Positions 12,181 to 26,987 of a stretch of 64,000 nt of DNA are shown here, piece after piece (position 1 is the stretch's first letter; every line of letters begins with the position of its first letter). A model generated the notes under the pieces. That model was not told the DNA's origin, did not search any database, and was given only the letters and a program-made list of their open reading frames with translations. Source of the stretch: Malacoraja senta (Eukaryota); the NCBI GenBank assembly GCA_038087875.1, contig CM075988.1, forward strand, positions 16,990,001-17,054,000. Direction: 5' to 3'. A program made the translations under genes and the position numbers.

Positions 12181-14748
12181 TTAGAGATATAGCATGGAAA
12201 CAGGCCCTTCAGCCCACCAGATCCATGCCAACCAGTGATCACCCATGCACTAGCACTATCCTATGCACCTGGGACAATTTATAGAAGCCCATTAACCTAC
12301 AAACCTGCACATCTTTGGAACGTGGGCGAAACATGGTCGCAGGGAGAACATGCAAATTGTACAGAGAGCACCCATGTTGAATATGGAACTTGGTTCTCTG
12401 GCGCTGTTGGGCAGCAACTCTACCACTGTGCCACTGTGCCACCCGGTTTGTTGCGTGGTAGAATGCAGAGGGGTGGGGGGCAGGGGGTAAAGAGTTGATG
12501 GCAATGTGGGAAGAACATGTTAAAGGTAAAATGATGGGAAGAATGGTATTGTTTCAAGAGTCATCATGCTTCTGATGGGCTCAATGGCAACCTTCTACGT
12601 CATTAGAAAGACATGGAAGGTTAGTAAGAGCTGGGACGAGGATTAGACTGCATAAATTCTCCTTGGTCGTTGCAGACACACTAAACGGAGTAGCACCCTG
12701 CTGTGTCCGAGACAACAGCAATAAACTGAGCTGGCAAAATTCAAATTGGACAACATGACAAATAAGAAGCACTAGCATAAAGTGGAGCAGGTGCATAGCG
12801 ACTGTACTACCAGAACTAGATTATTAACTCAGCAGAAATGAGGTCAACATTCCACCGTGGCAATTTGTGAATTCAATTTGATAACCTCTGAAATCAAAAC
12901 ATCGGAACATAACAAAGAGGAATAGGTTCCTCACAATTACTCTGCCATTCATTGGGAACGTGGCTCATCTCAACTCACTTCCATCTTGCTGCCCAACCCC
13001 ACATTAAGTCAACTTTATATATAATTTGTGGCCCAACCTCCAGGTACACAAGTCCTTTGAGAGTAGAAGTTCAACTTCAACTCGAGGACAAGCCATTGGC
13101 TATTTTTAAAGCAGGGATTGATAGATTATTGATTAGTAAGAGTGTGAAAGGTTACAGGCAAAAGGCAGGAGAGCGAGGTTGAGAGGAAAAAATAGATCAG
13201 CCATAATTGAATGCCAGAGGAGACTCGATTGGTTGAATGGCCTAAATTTTCTTCTATGCCTTATGGTCATAAAAGATGGCAGAGAGGCACAGCTGGTAGA
13301 GACGCTGTCTCACAGTGCCAGAGACCTGGGTTTTATTCTGCCCTAGGGTGGTGCTTGGGTATGGAGTTTGCACATTCTCCCTGTGCCTGTGTGGTTTTCC
13401 TCCGGGTGCTCCGGTTTCCTCCTACATCTGCGGGTTTGTAGTCAAGGCGGGCTCTATAAATTGCCCCTAGTGTGTAGAGAGTAGATGGGATAACATAGAA
13501 CTAGTGTGAACGGGTGATCAATGGTCAGCCAAAGGGCCTCTTTCCATCTCTAAACTAAATATTAAGGATAAATTGATGACCCCTTATCCTGAGGAATGAC
13601 CCAATCCATAGGAATAACCTTCTCAACATTTACTTTGTAGAGTAACCTCGAGGTCTTATGAGATGCAATGAGACCACACGTTATTCTTCCAAACACCAAT
13701 GACTATAGCCAAACATTTTCAATCTCTTCTCATGAGAGCTCCTTCATTTTAAGAATTAACCTCAGCCTCACTTTCCTGCACTAACTCTACTTCCTATGAT
13801 TTGCTTTGCCATCCATCAATCTCTTATTAAATATACTCAGTGACCAGGCCTCCACAGCACTCTTGCAGAGAAATTCTCAAAGATTCATGACCTTCTAGGC
13901 AAAGAAAATTATTCTTCTCTTCCCGATTGGCTGACCTTTGCCTTGAGATTATGACTACTTGTTCTAGTCACCCCAGCCAGGAGAAACACGAGAGATACAA
14001 TGAAATGCAGATGCAGAAATCTTGAGCCAAACACTAAGTGCTGGATTAACGCAGTGGGCTAGGCAGCATCTGTGGAGGAAATGGACAGACAGCATTTCGG
14101 GTTGGGACCCTTCTTCAGACTTCATGAGAAACATTAGCCTTGCATCTACCCTGTCAAGCTCTGCAAGAATTTTTAATGTTTCAATCAGAGTCTTCTAAAC
14201 CCAGGAGAGTATAAGAAAACAACCAGTACATTCACTGTCTCCACAGCGACTTCTTTCAAAACAATGGGATACAGAATGTGTTCTGGAGATTTCTCAACTT
14301 TCCAGACCATAATTTTCTCCAGTGGTGATTTTTTAAAACTAAAAAATAACCACTTCTTGTGCTTCTCCTTCTCTCCAGACCTGTAGCATCCATCATCTCC
14401 AATTATTTTTTTATCCTTTCACGAAGACACAATACATGTACATTTTTTCTGCAATTTCCTTTAACCCCAATATAATTTCTCCCATCTCAATTAAGAAAGG
14501 GCTCATGCTAAATTTTAGTTATTTATTTATTTTTTACTATTCACGGTATTCATGGACGTTTTTAACAATCTCTGTTTATGTTTCTTCCTAAATCACTTCC
14601 ATATTCTACTTTCCCTTTGATCAATTTCCTGGTCCACGTTTACTGAATCCATAAAGTTTCCTCATCCTCCAGCTTATGTCCTATTTTGTCAACATAAAGA
14701 GTTTTTTCCTGTATAACCATATCATCTTTAGTCTCATATCATCTTTAG

Positions 14749-15033
14749 CCTGAAGACTGCAACGACCAGGTTCAGGAATAGCTACTTCCCCACCGCCATC
14801 AGGCTATTAAACTTGGCTCGGACAAAACTCTGAACTTTAATAGCCCATTAACTGTTATTTGCACTTTATCAGTTTATTTATTCATGTGTGTATATATTTA
14901 TAGAATGGTATATGGACACACTGATCTGTTTTGTAGTCAATGCCTACTATGTTCTGTTGTGCTGAAGCAAAGCAAGAATTTCATTGTCCTATCAGAGACG
15001 CATGACAATAAACTCACGTGAACTTGAACTTGA
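14749..15033 (+). mobile_element. Rex1-type LINE 3' end
   Basis: cctgaagactgcaacgaccaggttcagg...gacaataaactcac(gtgaacttgaacttga). Confidence 0.85.
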
Positions 15034-16524
15034 GATTGCTATGGCTGGACCTCATCTCATATAAAAGGCAACCCATTCTACAATTCAATAATCCCACATA
15101 GACATCATTGGAACAACAGTCTGTGTTTGTTTTGTGCTCAGTTCTCAGGATTCTAAACAGGGCTTGAATCTACCTGAACAATTTTCCACCTCGACAGGTG
15201 AGAATACTACAACAAAGCCGAACATAAAACATAATTAAGTTGAGCATTGGAAAGGTACAAATGCTGGAGTAACTCAACATGTCCCTGGAGAACATGGATA
15301 GGTGACATCCCGACTGGGAACAACACCTATCCATGTTCTCCAGGATGCCGTCTGACCCATTGAGTTACACCATCATTGTGTGTCAATCCTTGTTATCCAT
15401 CATCTGTAGTTTCCTCGTTTCTAGGGTGAGCATTGGGTCGCAATGAGATGCACACCAACTGAATGATACCGGTGCCATTACATCATGTGTAGGAAGGAAC
15501 TGCAGATGCCGGTTTGTACCGAAGATAGACACAAAGTGCTGGAGTAACTCAGCCGGTCGGGCAGCATCTCTGGAGAAAAAGGACGGGTGACGTTTCAGGT
15601 TGGAACCCTTCTTCAGGTCATTGTATCATGGTCACCCAATCAAAATAAATGGAACTCTCTACCTTCCAGCACCATGGGAACATTTTGTGAAATGTGAAAT
15701 GTGGGTGTGACTGGCAAAGCCAGAAGTTATTGCCCATCCCCTTGTACCCTTGAGTACATGGCAGTGAGCCACCATCTTGAACCATCACAGTCTTTGTAAT
15801 GAAGGTGCTCATACAATGCTGATGGGTAAGGAGCTCCAGGACATGTCCCAGCAAACAATGAAGGAACAATGATGACCGTCCGATGTCAAGTGGGTGTGTG
15901 ATTGAAGCCAGTGCCACGGACACACAAACTGCATCAGCTCACGAAATCTGCGCACTCTTTCAATATGAATGTATAAAGTACCTGGCACCAATGTGCTTCA
16001 TTGCTAACTGCCCTCTAAACAGTCTACACATTTATGCAGTGCATTACAGCCCTTAGAAGTAGTGCCGTACAAGACAACACCAAATGCCAATACGTATGTA
16101 CACTGACATTACCAGCACATCCCCATAGTTTTCTTTCACTTAACAGACAGTCCTGTCTTTTATTGCTCCTAATCTTCAGTGCAAACACCTGTCGAGTAGA
16201 ATCATATTTCACAAACAAACTGCACTTCCCCTTTAGACCACAGTACAAATGTCTCAGTAACATTGAGGTCACCAGCAAAATTAGTACAATATTGACCTCG
16301 CTTGTAATTTTCACACTGATTTGTTCTTCTAAAAGTTCATGTCATAGGAGCAGAACTAGACCACTCGGTCATCGAGTCTCCTCCGCCACTCAATCCTCCC
16401 CCCCCACCCCGCCCTCTCATCCCCACTCTCCCGCCTCTCCCCACAACCTCTACCACCTTACCAATCAGGAATCCATCAATCTCTGCCTTCAAAAACATCC
16501 AGTCTTCACACTATTGCATTACTC

Positions 16525-16895
16525 CATCTCAAAAAGGCCTGGCAGCATCATCAAGGACCCCACACCATCCTGGCCACACACACAACTCCCTGCTACCTTC
16601 AGGTAGAAGGTACAGGAGCCTGAAGACTGCAACAACCAGGTCAGGAATAGCTACTTCCCCACAGCATCAGGCTATTAAACCTGGCACGGACAAAACTCTG
16701 ATTATTAATAACCCAATTATCTGTTATCTGCACTTTATCAGTTTATTTATTCATGTGTGTATATATTTATATAATGGTATATGGACACACTGATCTGTTT
16801 TGTAGTAAATGCCTACTATGTTCTGTGTGCTGAAGCAAAGCAAGAATTTCATTGTCCTATCAGGGACACATGACAATAAACTCACTTGACTTGAC
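16525..16895 (+). mobile_element. Rex1-type LINE 3' end
   Basis: Same 3' ORF end and UTR as 49677-50516. Confidence 0.85.
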
Positions 16896-17322
16896 TAGTG
16901 AAACGCTTTTGTTGCGTTCTAACCAGTCAGCGGAAAGATATTACACGATTACAATCGAGCCACCCATGCTATCCAAATGATCCATACTATTTTTGCATGA
17001 GTCCCATGCATGTCATTAGTAAGATGATTTTAGTCGATGCACGCAATCTGCTGGGATTTCAGCTCCCTTGTGGACATTGCAAGGCAGAACTGTTTACAGG
17101 ACATCAGTCTGTGCCCACATTTCTAACAGTACTGTAGACAAGAAAGACAGCAGATGAATCCTCCACCCCAGCATATATCAGAAAAGGATTCCACAGAGGC
17201 ACACACATCATCCCATGTGTCTTTAGACCAATGAATAGGAAAAAATTGTGCAACAAGAAATTTAATAATTATTTAATAAATATATGATATTAGGGAGACA
17301 GGATAATTATATATTAGCCTGG

Positions 17323-17522
17323 NNNNNNNNNNNNNNNNNNNNNNNNNNNNNNNNNNNNNNNNNNNNNNNNNNNNNNNNNNNNNNNNNNNNNNNNNNNNNN
17401 NNNNNNNNNNNNNNNNNNNNNNNNNNNNNNNNNNNNNNNNNNNNNNNNNNNNNNNNNNNNNNNNNNNNNNNNNNNNNNNNNNNNNNNNNNNNNNNNNNNN
17501 NNNNNNNNNNNNNNNNNNNNNN
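17323..17522. other. Assembly gap (200 N)
   Basis: Run of N. Confidence 1.
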
Positions 17523-17779
17523 AACTCGTTCTACTCTATCTGCCAGTGTTAAAGGGTTAGTTTCTTTGAACAAGGTACCACAGTCCTTGGCATTTTGTAG
17601 ATAAGGTCCCATTTCAATACATAGGCTCAGATGGAAGTTTGGCGACTGTGGCAGGGCTTTGCCTTTCATCACTTACTACAAGGTGATAACAAGTGACTGT
17701 GACCCATCACTCCCAGACAAGCTCGATGGTTTCCAGGCTTGCTGCGAGAGGGAGAACAATCATGTATCCATCATTGGCT

Positions 17780-18860
17780 CCCACACCCCTTGCCAACCCT
17801 GCGATTTCAGTCTCCGAGGACAACATCCTTCATAATGGTGAACCTTCACAAAGCATCTGGCCTGTTGGCATACCTGGCCTCATTCTCAAAGCCCACGCAG
17901 ATCAACTGGCTGGAATTTTTGCAGACATCTTCAACCTCTCACTAGTATGGATTGAGATCCCCACCTGCTCTCAAAGAACATTCAAAAGTGTCCAAGAAGA
18001 GCAAGGAGACACCTCAATGACCACCGACCCATGGAACTCACACCAATTCTGACCAAGTGATTTGAGAGGTTGGTTATGACGATCCTGTTTCATAATTACC
18101 TGGACTTTTTCAATTTTCTTACCACCACAACAGATTAAATTGTACTTGCTCTCCACTCTGTGTCATACTACTAGGAAAACAAGAATACATATGCCAGGCT
18201 TCTGTTCATCACTTACAGCTTGGTGTTCAACACCATCATCCCGTAAAACCTCATCGTCAAACTCAGCCAAACTCAGCCAACAAACTCTGTTCATCTCTGT
18301 GCAACTGGATCCTTGACTTCCTTATCGGCAGACCTCAACCGGTACAGATTGGCAACACAGTCTCCTCTTCACTGACCAACAACACAGGGACACCTCAAGG
18401 CTGTATGCTCCGTCCACTACTCTAAACTCATCTATAACCGGGCACAATGAAGGAGGCTGCAGGAAGTGGTGAACATTGCCCGATCCATCTTGGGTACTGA
18501 CGTCCCCACCATCGAAAGGATCAACTGGAATTGGTGTGTTAGGAAGGCAGCTAATACCATCAAAGACCCATACCACCCTGGCTATGCATTCATCTTGTTG
18601 CTAACATTGGGAAGAATGTACAAGAGCTCAAGAATTGTTACGTCCAGGTTCAAGAAAAGCTTCTTTCCATCAACTATAAGGTTCGTGAACCATTCTACCT
18701 CAACCTGACTGAACCACTATGGATTTTTCATCACTGGTTTAGTGGTTCAAAACACCATGTACTTTGTTTATTGCACTAATCTTGGTTCAGTTTAATTAGA
18801 GTAACTGATAAGTTATTGTATATTTATTGTTATTATTACTATGTGTAATATGCCTTTAGA
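17780..18860 (+). mobile_element. Older, degraded Rex1-type LINE fragment
   Basis: LKAHADQLAGIFADIFNLSL and KAANTIKDPYHPG remnants with many indels. Confidence 0.75.
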
Positions 18861-20455
18861 CTTGCACCCTTGTTCTGCATAGGTGCCAGAACCCATGTCT
18901 GTGAGCGGATGATGGGCCAATTCTATCGCCACAGTTTACACTTGGTGTTGTTTTTCCGCATTAGTTTTCACGTGTTTTTCAATTAGTTTTCTGCAATTCC
19001 CTGGTCCCTCACGTGCCTCGGGACTGGCTGCCGTTCCCAGGTCGGCTCGCCTGCCCTGGGACTGGCTGTAGCGGCCAGGTTGCCTGCGTGCCCCGGGACG
19101 AGCTGCAGTTCCCAGATCAGCTCGCGTCCCCGGGTCATGTACGGCGTACACTAACACCATCCTACACACGAGGGACTATTTAAACATTTACTGAAGCCAA
19201 TTAACTTACAAACCTGTATGTCTTTGGAGTATGGGCGGAAACTGGAGCACCCGGAGAAAACCCACGCGGTCACATGGAGAAACTCCATACAGACAGCACC
19301 CGTAGTCAGGATCAAACCCGGGTCTCTGGTGCGGTAAGGCAGCAACTCGAACACTGTGCTGCCTGTAAAGCTGCAGCAAGTAAGAATTTCAATGTTCCGG
19401 ATCACATCTGGTGCTTATGACAAATAAACGCACTTGACTCTTGAATGCACTTGTTTGTGGAAATTAATATTTGCATTGAAAATGAGCATGCAATAGCGGA
19501 TGGGAATCTGATTATTAATAGTGTAGATCTTGATTCCCTGGCTGCCTGTGTACTTTGTATTCCAAACATACCTTGACTTCACACTCCCAATTTACCTCAG
19601 AGATGTTAGATGCTATGTCCACAGTTACCTCATTTTCAACCTCTGCAGCCACAAACCTGGACATTGTTTCCCTCACAGCAACAATCGCTATTGTTTCTTT
19701 GTATGCAAAAAACCCCAAACTGATCATCGCTCAAAAAGCACTGCCACTATCCCATTATGGATGTAATTAATGACATTGTTTTCCAAGTCATTTTAAAATT
19801 TGTGGTTTGGCATATTACAGATCAACGTTTAATCAATAACTGAGCATTGGACTTGGTCTTCAGGAAAGTAGTTATCCAATACTGATAATGTACTGTTAGA
19901 CTGTATCCTTGTTCGCTCATTGTTTGCAATAGATTTCCAATTAAGAAATGCAAAATAGAAGCAGAATGGTAAATGTCCTTGAACAGAAAATTGTATGCAA
20001 ATTTGAATTAATTTGCAATGCTTCCCAGGAAAATTACAAACAATTCAGACATCTTTCTTTTCACATTCCACTGCTTGCACTATAATTACGAGAATAATTA
20101 AATCACAAGGTTCTGGTTTCATGGTGAAATAAACCCATCCATTTATATGTACCTGACAGAACAAATGAGACCTCGCCTTTCGAGAGTGGCAGGTATTTTC
20201 CTCCACAGTGCGGTAAATTACAAGTATCCCACTAGCAACTATAATAGATTATCTGCTCGTTATTATATAGCTGTATGCAAAACCTGCTGTGCACAAATTT
20301 ACCATGTTAGCTAGTGGGTATACTTAATTAAAAAAACTGGCTGTATGGTTTGGCAATATATATCACGAGGGGCATAGATAGGGTGAATGCATGGAGACTT
20401 TTACCCAGGGCAGGGGAATCAAAAACCAGAGGGCAGAGGTTTAAGGTGAGAGGAG

Positions 20456-21566
20456 TCAAGTCGAGTTGAGTCAAGTCAAGAGAGTTTGTTGTCATGTGTC
20501 CCAGATAGGACAATGAAATTCTTGCTTTGCTGCAGCACGACAGAATATTGTAGGCATAAATACAGAAGAGTTCAGTGTGTCCATATACCATAGAATATAT
20601 ATAAATACACACACACACATAAATAAACAGATAAAGTACAATAGGCTGTTATAGTTCAGAGTTTGTCTGAAGTTGTGTTTAATAGTCTGATGGCTGTGGG
20701 GAAGTAGCTGTTCCTGAACCTGGATGTACCAGTTTTCAGGCTCCTGTACCTTCTACCTGAAGGCAGCAGAGAGATGAGTGTGTGGCCAGGATGGTGTGGG
20801 TCCTTGATGATGCTGGCAGCCTTTTTGAGGCAGCGACTGCGATAGATCCCCTCGATGGTGGGGAGGTCAGAGCCGATGATGGACTGGGCAGTGTTTACAA
20901 CTTTTTGCAGACTTTTCCACTCCTGGACATTCAGGTTGCAGAACCAAGCCACGATGCAACCGGTCAGCATGCTCTCTACTGTGCACCTGTAGAAGTTCGA
21001 GAGAGTCCTCCTTGACATACCGACTCTCCGTAATCTTCTCAGGAAGTAGAGGCGCTGATGTGCTTCCTTTATAATTGCATCAGTGTTCTGGGACCAGGAG
21101 AGATCTTCAGAGATGTGCACGCCCAGGAATTTGATGTTCTTGACCCTTTCCACCATTGACCCGTTGATATAAACGGGACTGTGGGTCCCCATCCTACCCC
21201 TTCCGAAGTCCACAATCAGTTCCTTGGTTTTGCTGGTGTTGAGAGCCAGGTTATTGTGCTGGCACCATTTGGTCAATCGGTCGATCGCAAATCTATACTC
21301 TGACTCGTCCCCATCAGTGATACGTTCCACAACAGTGTTGTCGTCGGCGAACTTGATGATGGAGTTCGCACTATGTCTGACTTCGCAGTCATGAGTATAG
21401 AGTGAGTACGCAGCCTTGAGGTGCTCCCGTGCTGATTGTTATCGAGGATGACACATTTCCACCAATACGGACAGACTGTGGTCTGTGAATGAGGAAGTCG
21501 AGGATCCAATCGCAGAGGGATGCGCAGAGACCCAGATCTGAGAGCTTGGTAACCAACTTGGAGGGG
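20456..21566 (-). mobile_element. Rex1/Babar-type LINE 3' part inserted into a CR1 fragment
   Basis: ORF 20656-21330 (KTKELIVDF, FLGVHI, QRLYFLRRL); (CTTGA)n tail; CR1 sequence resumes on both sides (~20365-21790). Confidence 0.9.
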
Positions 21567-23419
21567 ATTTAATCGGGACACGAAGAAGCAATATTTTCAC
21601 TCAGAGGATGGTGGGTATCTGGAACAAGCCGCCAGAGGCTGCAGGAGAGGCGGGTACAATAACAGCATTTCAAAGGCACTTGCAGAGGTACACGGATGGG
21701 AAAGATTTAGAGGGATAAGGGTCAAACATGGGCAAGTGGGACTAGTTTAGATGGGGCATCTTGGTCATCATGGACAAGTTGGGCCAAATGGTCTAACACT
21801 CTTACACATTCCAGGCATGTATAGAGTGAGTTTGCTCCAAGCCAAGTTCTCCCGGTATTAAACTACACAATGGTGGGGGGGGGGGGGGGGGGCACGGTGG
21901 CACAGCGTTAAAGTTGCTGCCTTACAGTGCCAGAGACTCGGGTTCGATCCCGACTATGGGTGCTCTCTGTATGGAGTTTGTACGTTCCCCTTGTGACTAC
22001 GTGCATTTTCTCCAGGTTTTCCGGTTTCCTCCCACATTCCAAAGATGTGCAGGTTGGTAGGTTAATCGACATCTGTAAATTGTCCCTAGTGTGTAGGCTA
22101 GAATTAGTGTAGCGATGACGGCTGGTCGGCACAGACTCGGTGGGCTGAAGGGCATGTTTCCACGCTGCATCACTAAACTAAACCAACGCCTGTCCATAGC
22201 GTTCCTGCCACAACAGCAAGCACAATTGTGGGGTGGAACAGGCAGGATAAATAAAGGAAGATAATGCCAGGTAAAACCCAAGTAAATGAGGACACGAAAG
22301 CTGGGACCTGTCCAGGAAAATAAATGTGCCAGCTTTCAGAGTTGCATCTAAGTATATTCATTGAGAGAGCATGTGCATGTATAGAAAGAAGATAGACACA
22401 AAATGCTGCAGTAACTCAGCAAGTCAGGCAACATCTCTGGAGAGAAGGAATAGGTGACGGAGTCTGAAAACGGGTTCCAACCTGAAACATCACCTATTCC
22501 TTTTCTCCAGAGATGCTGCCTGACCCGCTGATTGTGGTGAGCCCTATGTGCTGTATCATGCTTCCTCTCTTCACCCTTGTTCAGAGCACGGCAACCTTGG
22601 AGATTTGTATCTATATATGGACGTGTTCACCAATGCAAATTGAGCGCAAAAAAAGAATTATACATTGCTAAATACAAACCCACTCATAATCAAGTGGAAA
22701 CTCAGGTCTCGAGCTGCAGTCAACAAAATAATACTTTTTAAATTGAAAATATTTCCTAGGTGGCAAGGCTCATGTTGAGCATTGTATTTATCTACAGTAA
22801 AAAAAAGCACATTTGCATTAACACTGTTAACTCTGTTTATAGAATCCCTGCTAACAACATGTGTTCAACATTGGTCGGAGTTGTGGAACATCTATGATCT
22901 GCTCTCAGCAGGAGTCTACTTTAAGAAATAAAATCCAATTAGAAGATCAACATGGTGTGATAACAAAACAGAACATGTTAACCCTTGGAGAACCAGAATT
23001 ATATTTTTCTCACTTAAATCATTTGTGTAACTGATTTGGAAATAAGCTGAATTAGCAACCTTGCCATCTGCAGCGAGAGGGGTAATTTATCACCCGACAC
23101 CTTTACCCAGTGCCATCAACAGCTTCCCTACCTGACCCACTGCCACTTGCTAATGGTCTGCAGCAGCAAAACGACATTGCAACCTGCTGTGTGGACTGGT
23201 GTCGAGAGATCTGCATTCTATCACAAGTTCTGTTCTCGTGTTTGTCGCAACAGAAGATTTGAGTCACACTCCTGGAGGTAGTAACAGCTTAGGACAGTGT
23301 TTGAGTTTGCCTTCTTCACTGGTTGAAGCTTACTTATTCACTGAGATCTGTGAAACAGAGCTGTTTACTGAGTAGCACAAAGTGCCTGAGTATCTCAACG
23401 GGTTCATCCAAAAGTACAG

Positions 23420-24250
23420 AAGGACCTTGAGTAGCTGGGCAAGTGAGCAGAGGAATGGTTGAGACAGTTTAATGCAGATAAGTGCTAGGTGTCGCATCTT
23501 ATGTACTCAGACCAGGACAGAACCTACAGAGTGAATGGCAGGGCCCTGGAGAGTGTTGTAGATCAGAGGGATCTAGGAGTTCAGGTACATAGTTTCCTGA
23601 TAATGGTGTCACAAGCAGATACGATTGTCAAGGCGTCTTTGGGTACATTGGCCTTCATCAGTCAGGGTGTGGAGTATAGACGTTGGGATGTTATGTTACA
23701 GTTGTACAAGATGTTGGAGAGGCTGCAGTTAGTGTTGTGTTCAGTTTTGGTCACTCTGATATAAGAAGGATGTCATTAAACTGGAAAGTGCGCAGAGAAG
23801 ATTTCCGATGGCTGTTTCCAGGACTTGGTCTGAGCTCCACCCATAGTGCTGGCTCGGACTTTATTCCTTGGAATACAGGAGACTGATGATCTAATAGAGG
23901 TGTACAAGATCATGGGAATACATAGGGTGAATGCATAGAGTCTTTCAACCAGAGCAGGGGAATAAAGAACCAGAGGACATAGGTCAAGGTGAGTGGGGAA
24001 AGATTTAATACGAACCTCAGGGCCAATTTTATTCACACAGAGGGTGGTGGATATGTGGAACGAACTGCCAGAGGAGGTTATTGAGGCAGGTATTATAACA
24101 AAATGTAAAAGATATTTGGCAAGGTACATGGATAGGAAAGGTTTAGAAGGATATGGACTAAACACAGGCAGGTGAGACTAACCTAGATGGGGCATCTTGG
24201 TTGACATGGGCTAGTTGGGCCCAAAGGCCTGTTTCCATACTGTATGACTG
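23420..24250 (+). mobile_element. CR1 LINE 3' fragment, degraded
   Basis: RDLGVQV, LYK.L and FTQRVVDMWNELP remnants. Confidence 0.85.
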
Positions 24251-24913
24251 ATTCTACATTAAGGGTCCTAAGGCCTTTGGTTTGGGGCAGAGATGTAGAG
24301 ATATAGGACCCCCTTAGTAATGATGTGTTAGTTGGAAGGTGGAAACTGTCAAAAAGGAGGCATCAGACATATCATAGATACAAGTGGAATGGACTGCAGA
24401 AGGGAAGAATAGAATAGAATCCAGGTAGGAAGTGGGATAAGAGTAGGATGAAGCAATGGGTGTGTCTAACCATCCTGCCTGTGGATCTTGAGGAAGAGCT
24501 CAAAGTCGGCTGGGTAGAGTTGGGGGACAATGAAACTAGAGCTAGTGAAGGGTTTGGGTGGCTAATATAAACCCTGTTGATAAAAACATCCGATTCTGTA
24601 TTGAGAGTTTAAAAAAAAACACTAACTCGTTGGTCAATACAAAAAAATCATTGGTCATCTTTACAATCAGATCTTCAAAGAATCAAGTACTAGAATAAGT
24701 CAAATTGTCACCATGCCTCAACATGCAGTTTCCACATGACTGTCCACTTGCTGCTTGGAAGGATGAGTGATCAAATCCTGGGCAACCACAATATTCTGGT
24801 ACCTGCATAATATTTCACTATTACTCATAGAGCAAGATTAACAATGATTGAGTTTGGTTGTAGATGATATTCTGGAATTCAAGATAGGTTGGGTCTTCAG
24901 AAGGTGGAACATT

Positions 24914-24917
<4 letters not shown>

Positions 24918-24946
<29 letters not shown>
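24918..24946 (+). repeat. (AG)n microsatellite, tail of a minus-strand Rex1 3' remnant
   Basis: Direct observation; followed by tttattgtcatgt. Confidence 0.85.
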
Positions 24947-24950
<4 letters not shown>

Positions 24951-25551
24951 ATTGTCATGTCCCAGATAGAACAATGACATTTCTTAGTTGTAGCAGCACA
25001 ACAGATTATGTAGATTTGTAAAGAGTTTATTATGCTAATTTCATTATTTTAATACAACCACTGTTGTTAAAAAAAGAAAAGGAAAAAAAAAGAGAGAGGA
25101 CTTGTTAACACTGTACAGAATGGTTTCCGTGTTAAACTTCCATTCAACCAAATCATTCCTTAATCTTTGCTAACTCCTGCCTCACCTCTGCACACGCATA
25201 TGCACATGGGAGGCATGTGCACTGTGGAGCTTCTACCTCATAGCATCAGAGACTGGGTGCTATCCCGAACATTTTTCTCCCACATATCAAAGACGTGCAG
25301 GTTCGTAGGTTAAATGGCCTCTGTAATTTGCCCTTAGTGTATAGGGAGTGGACGAGAAAGCGGGATAACATAAAACTAGTGCAAATGGGTGATGGTCAGT
25401 GTGGTTTCGGTGGGCCAGAGGGCCTGTTTCTGTTCTCCATCCCCAAACACTGAGAGATTTGGAGATTCTTTCAGTCAACCTGGTGGCATCTAAATCTAGC
25501 ATGTCCACAGGTTCTTCAGTCACTGGAAGCTGAACAAACAAGGCATCCGTT

Positions 25552-25690
25552 GGGGTGGGAGATTGCAACCTTCAGGTTGTCCTCCCTGTTTCGACCGATG
25601 CAATTAACTTGGTGTGCACAATCAAATAAGATCAAATAGAACAAGTTGTCCTCCAACTTTAGGCTGTGCATGCCATACGCAAGAAGAAGA
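25552..25690 (+). mobile_element. Third, more diverged copy of the HDV-ribozyme SINE-like element
   Basis: GGGGTGGGAGATTGCAACCTTCAGGTTGTCCTCCCTGTTTCGACCGATGCAATT...gccatacgcaagaagaaga; ribozyme core mutated. Confidence 0.8.
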
Positions 25691-26987
25691 AAACGCCCGT
25701 GAAATATTTGAATACATTTCCCTCATGGATAGAAAAAAAAAGCATTGCAAACTCAGCACGCGAATTCGTGCCATCTGCAAATTGCATTGTGACAGATCAT
25801 CCAAATACTCCCGTATGCAAAGGCCACACTGTATAACTACCGCAGGCTGACTTAACAGCTGTTTCTCTCAGCCTTATGTTTGCTAAAGGTGTTCTAGAAG
25901 CCTATAAGGAAGCTGACTGAAAATAAAGTTGCAGCAAAATTCAATAATGGCTTCCTGTCCTTTGGTTTACCTGTATTCTGTTTATCTGGTGCAATTAATT
26001 TGGTACGGATGGAAATTTAAAGCCCGCACCTTCGATAGAAAGTTTGACATGGTTACAGAGAATTCAGATGTGTGGATAAAATAGGCATGATGGCAGAATA
26101 GCACAGATTACAGATACAGCAAAAAGGCAATTTGGCAGAATGTACAGCCAGGTAAATTCTCTCTAATACATTGGCTGGAGCCAAATTTATTCAAAACACC
26201 TGTTCCTGTGTACAATATATTCAGGATATGAGATACAGTAAGTAAATAGTACTCCTGGCTTCCCCTCTACAGATGGCATTACACAATCTCTCTTGCAAGT
26301 GTAATAATCCTATTTAAAATAATACTTTTTTTTTTGCAGGAAAAATGTTCCCGATGTTGGGGGAGTCCAGAACCAGGGGGTCACTGTTCAAGAATAAGGG
26401 GTAGGCTATTTAGGACTGAGATGAGGAAAAATATTTTCACCCAAAGAGTTGTGAATCTGTGGAATTCTCTGTCACAGAAGGCAGCGGAGGCCAATTTACC
26501 AGATGTATTCAAGAGAGAGTTACGGAATCAAGGGATATGGGGAGAAAGCAGGAGCGGGGTATTGATTTTGGATGATCAGCCATGATCATACTGAATGGTG
26601 GTGTTGGTCCGAAGGGCACCTAGTTTCTATGTTTCTATGTCCATGTTTTTCTTTCTGATGGGCTGCCTTTTACTGGAGTGCTGTGAAGATAATAGATCAT
26701 ACGTACAGATAAAATACATTTGCCAGTTTACATTGATATCGCAATAAATAGTTTTAAGATATGTCGATTAAAACAAAAGAACCCTGCACTTTATTCCTTG
26801 AAGATATGATGCTTCTTTAAAAAGCATTTTACTAACAATCATGAACCAAGATAAAGAGTGATAAAAAATAGTATGTGATGGCTTATCTCAACACATGTGG
26901 GAGGCATTTAAGCCCAACATATAGATTTAAAGACAAATGTTCCTAATCGTATCAAAGATAACAAAGACAAATTATTATTTGGCTTTG

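Noticed and set aside
17284..17672. ORFs spanning the gap
   Set aside because: Their length is an artefact of the N run; the flanking peptide is unrecognised.
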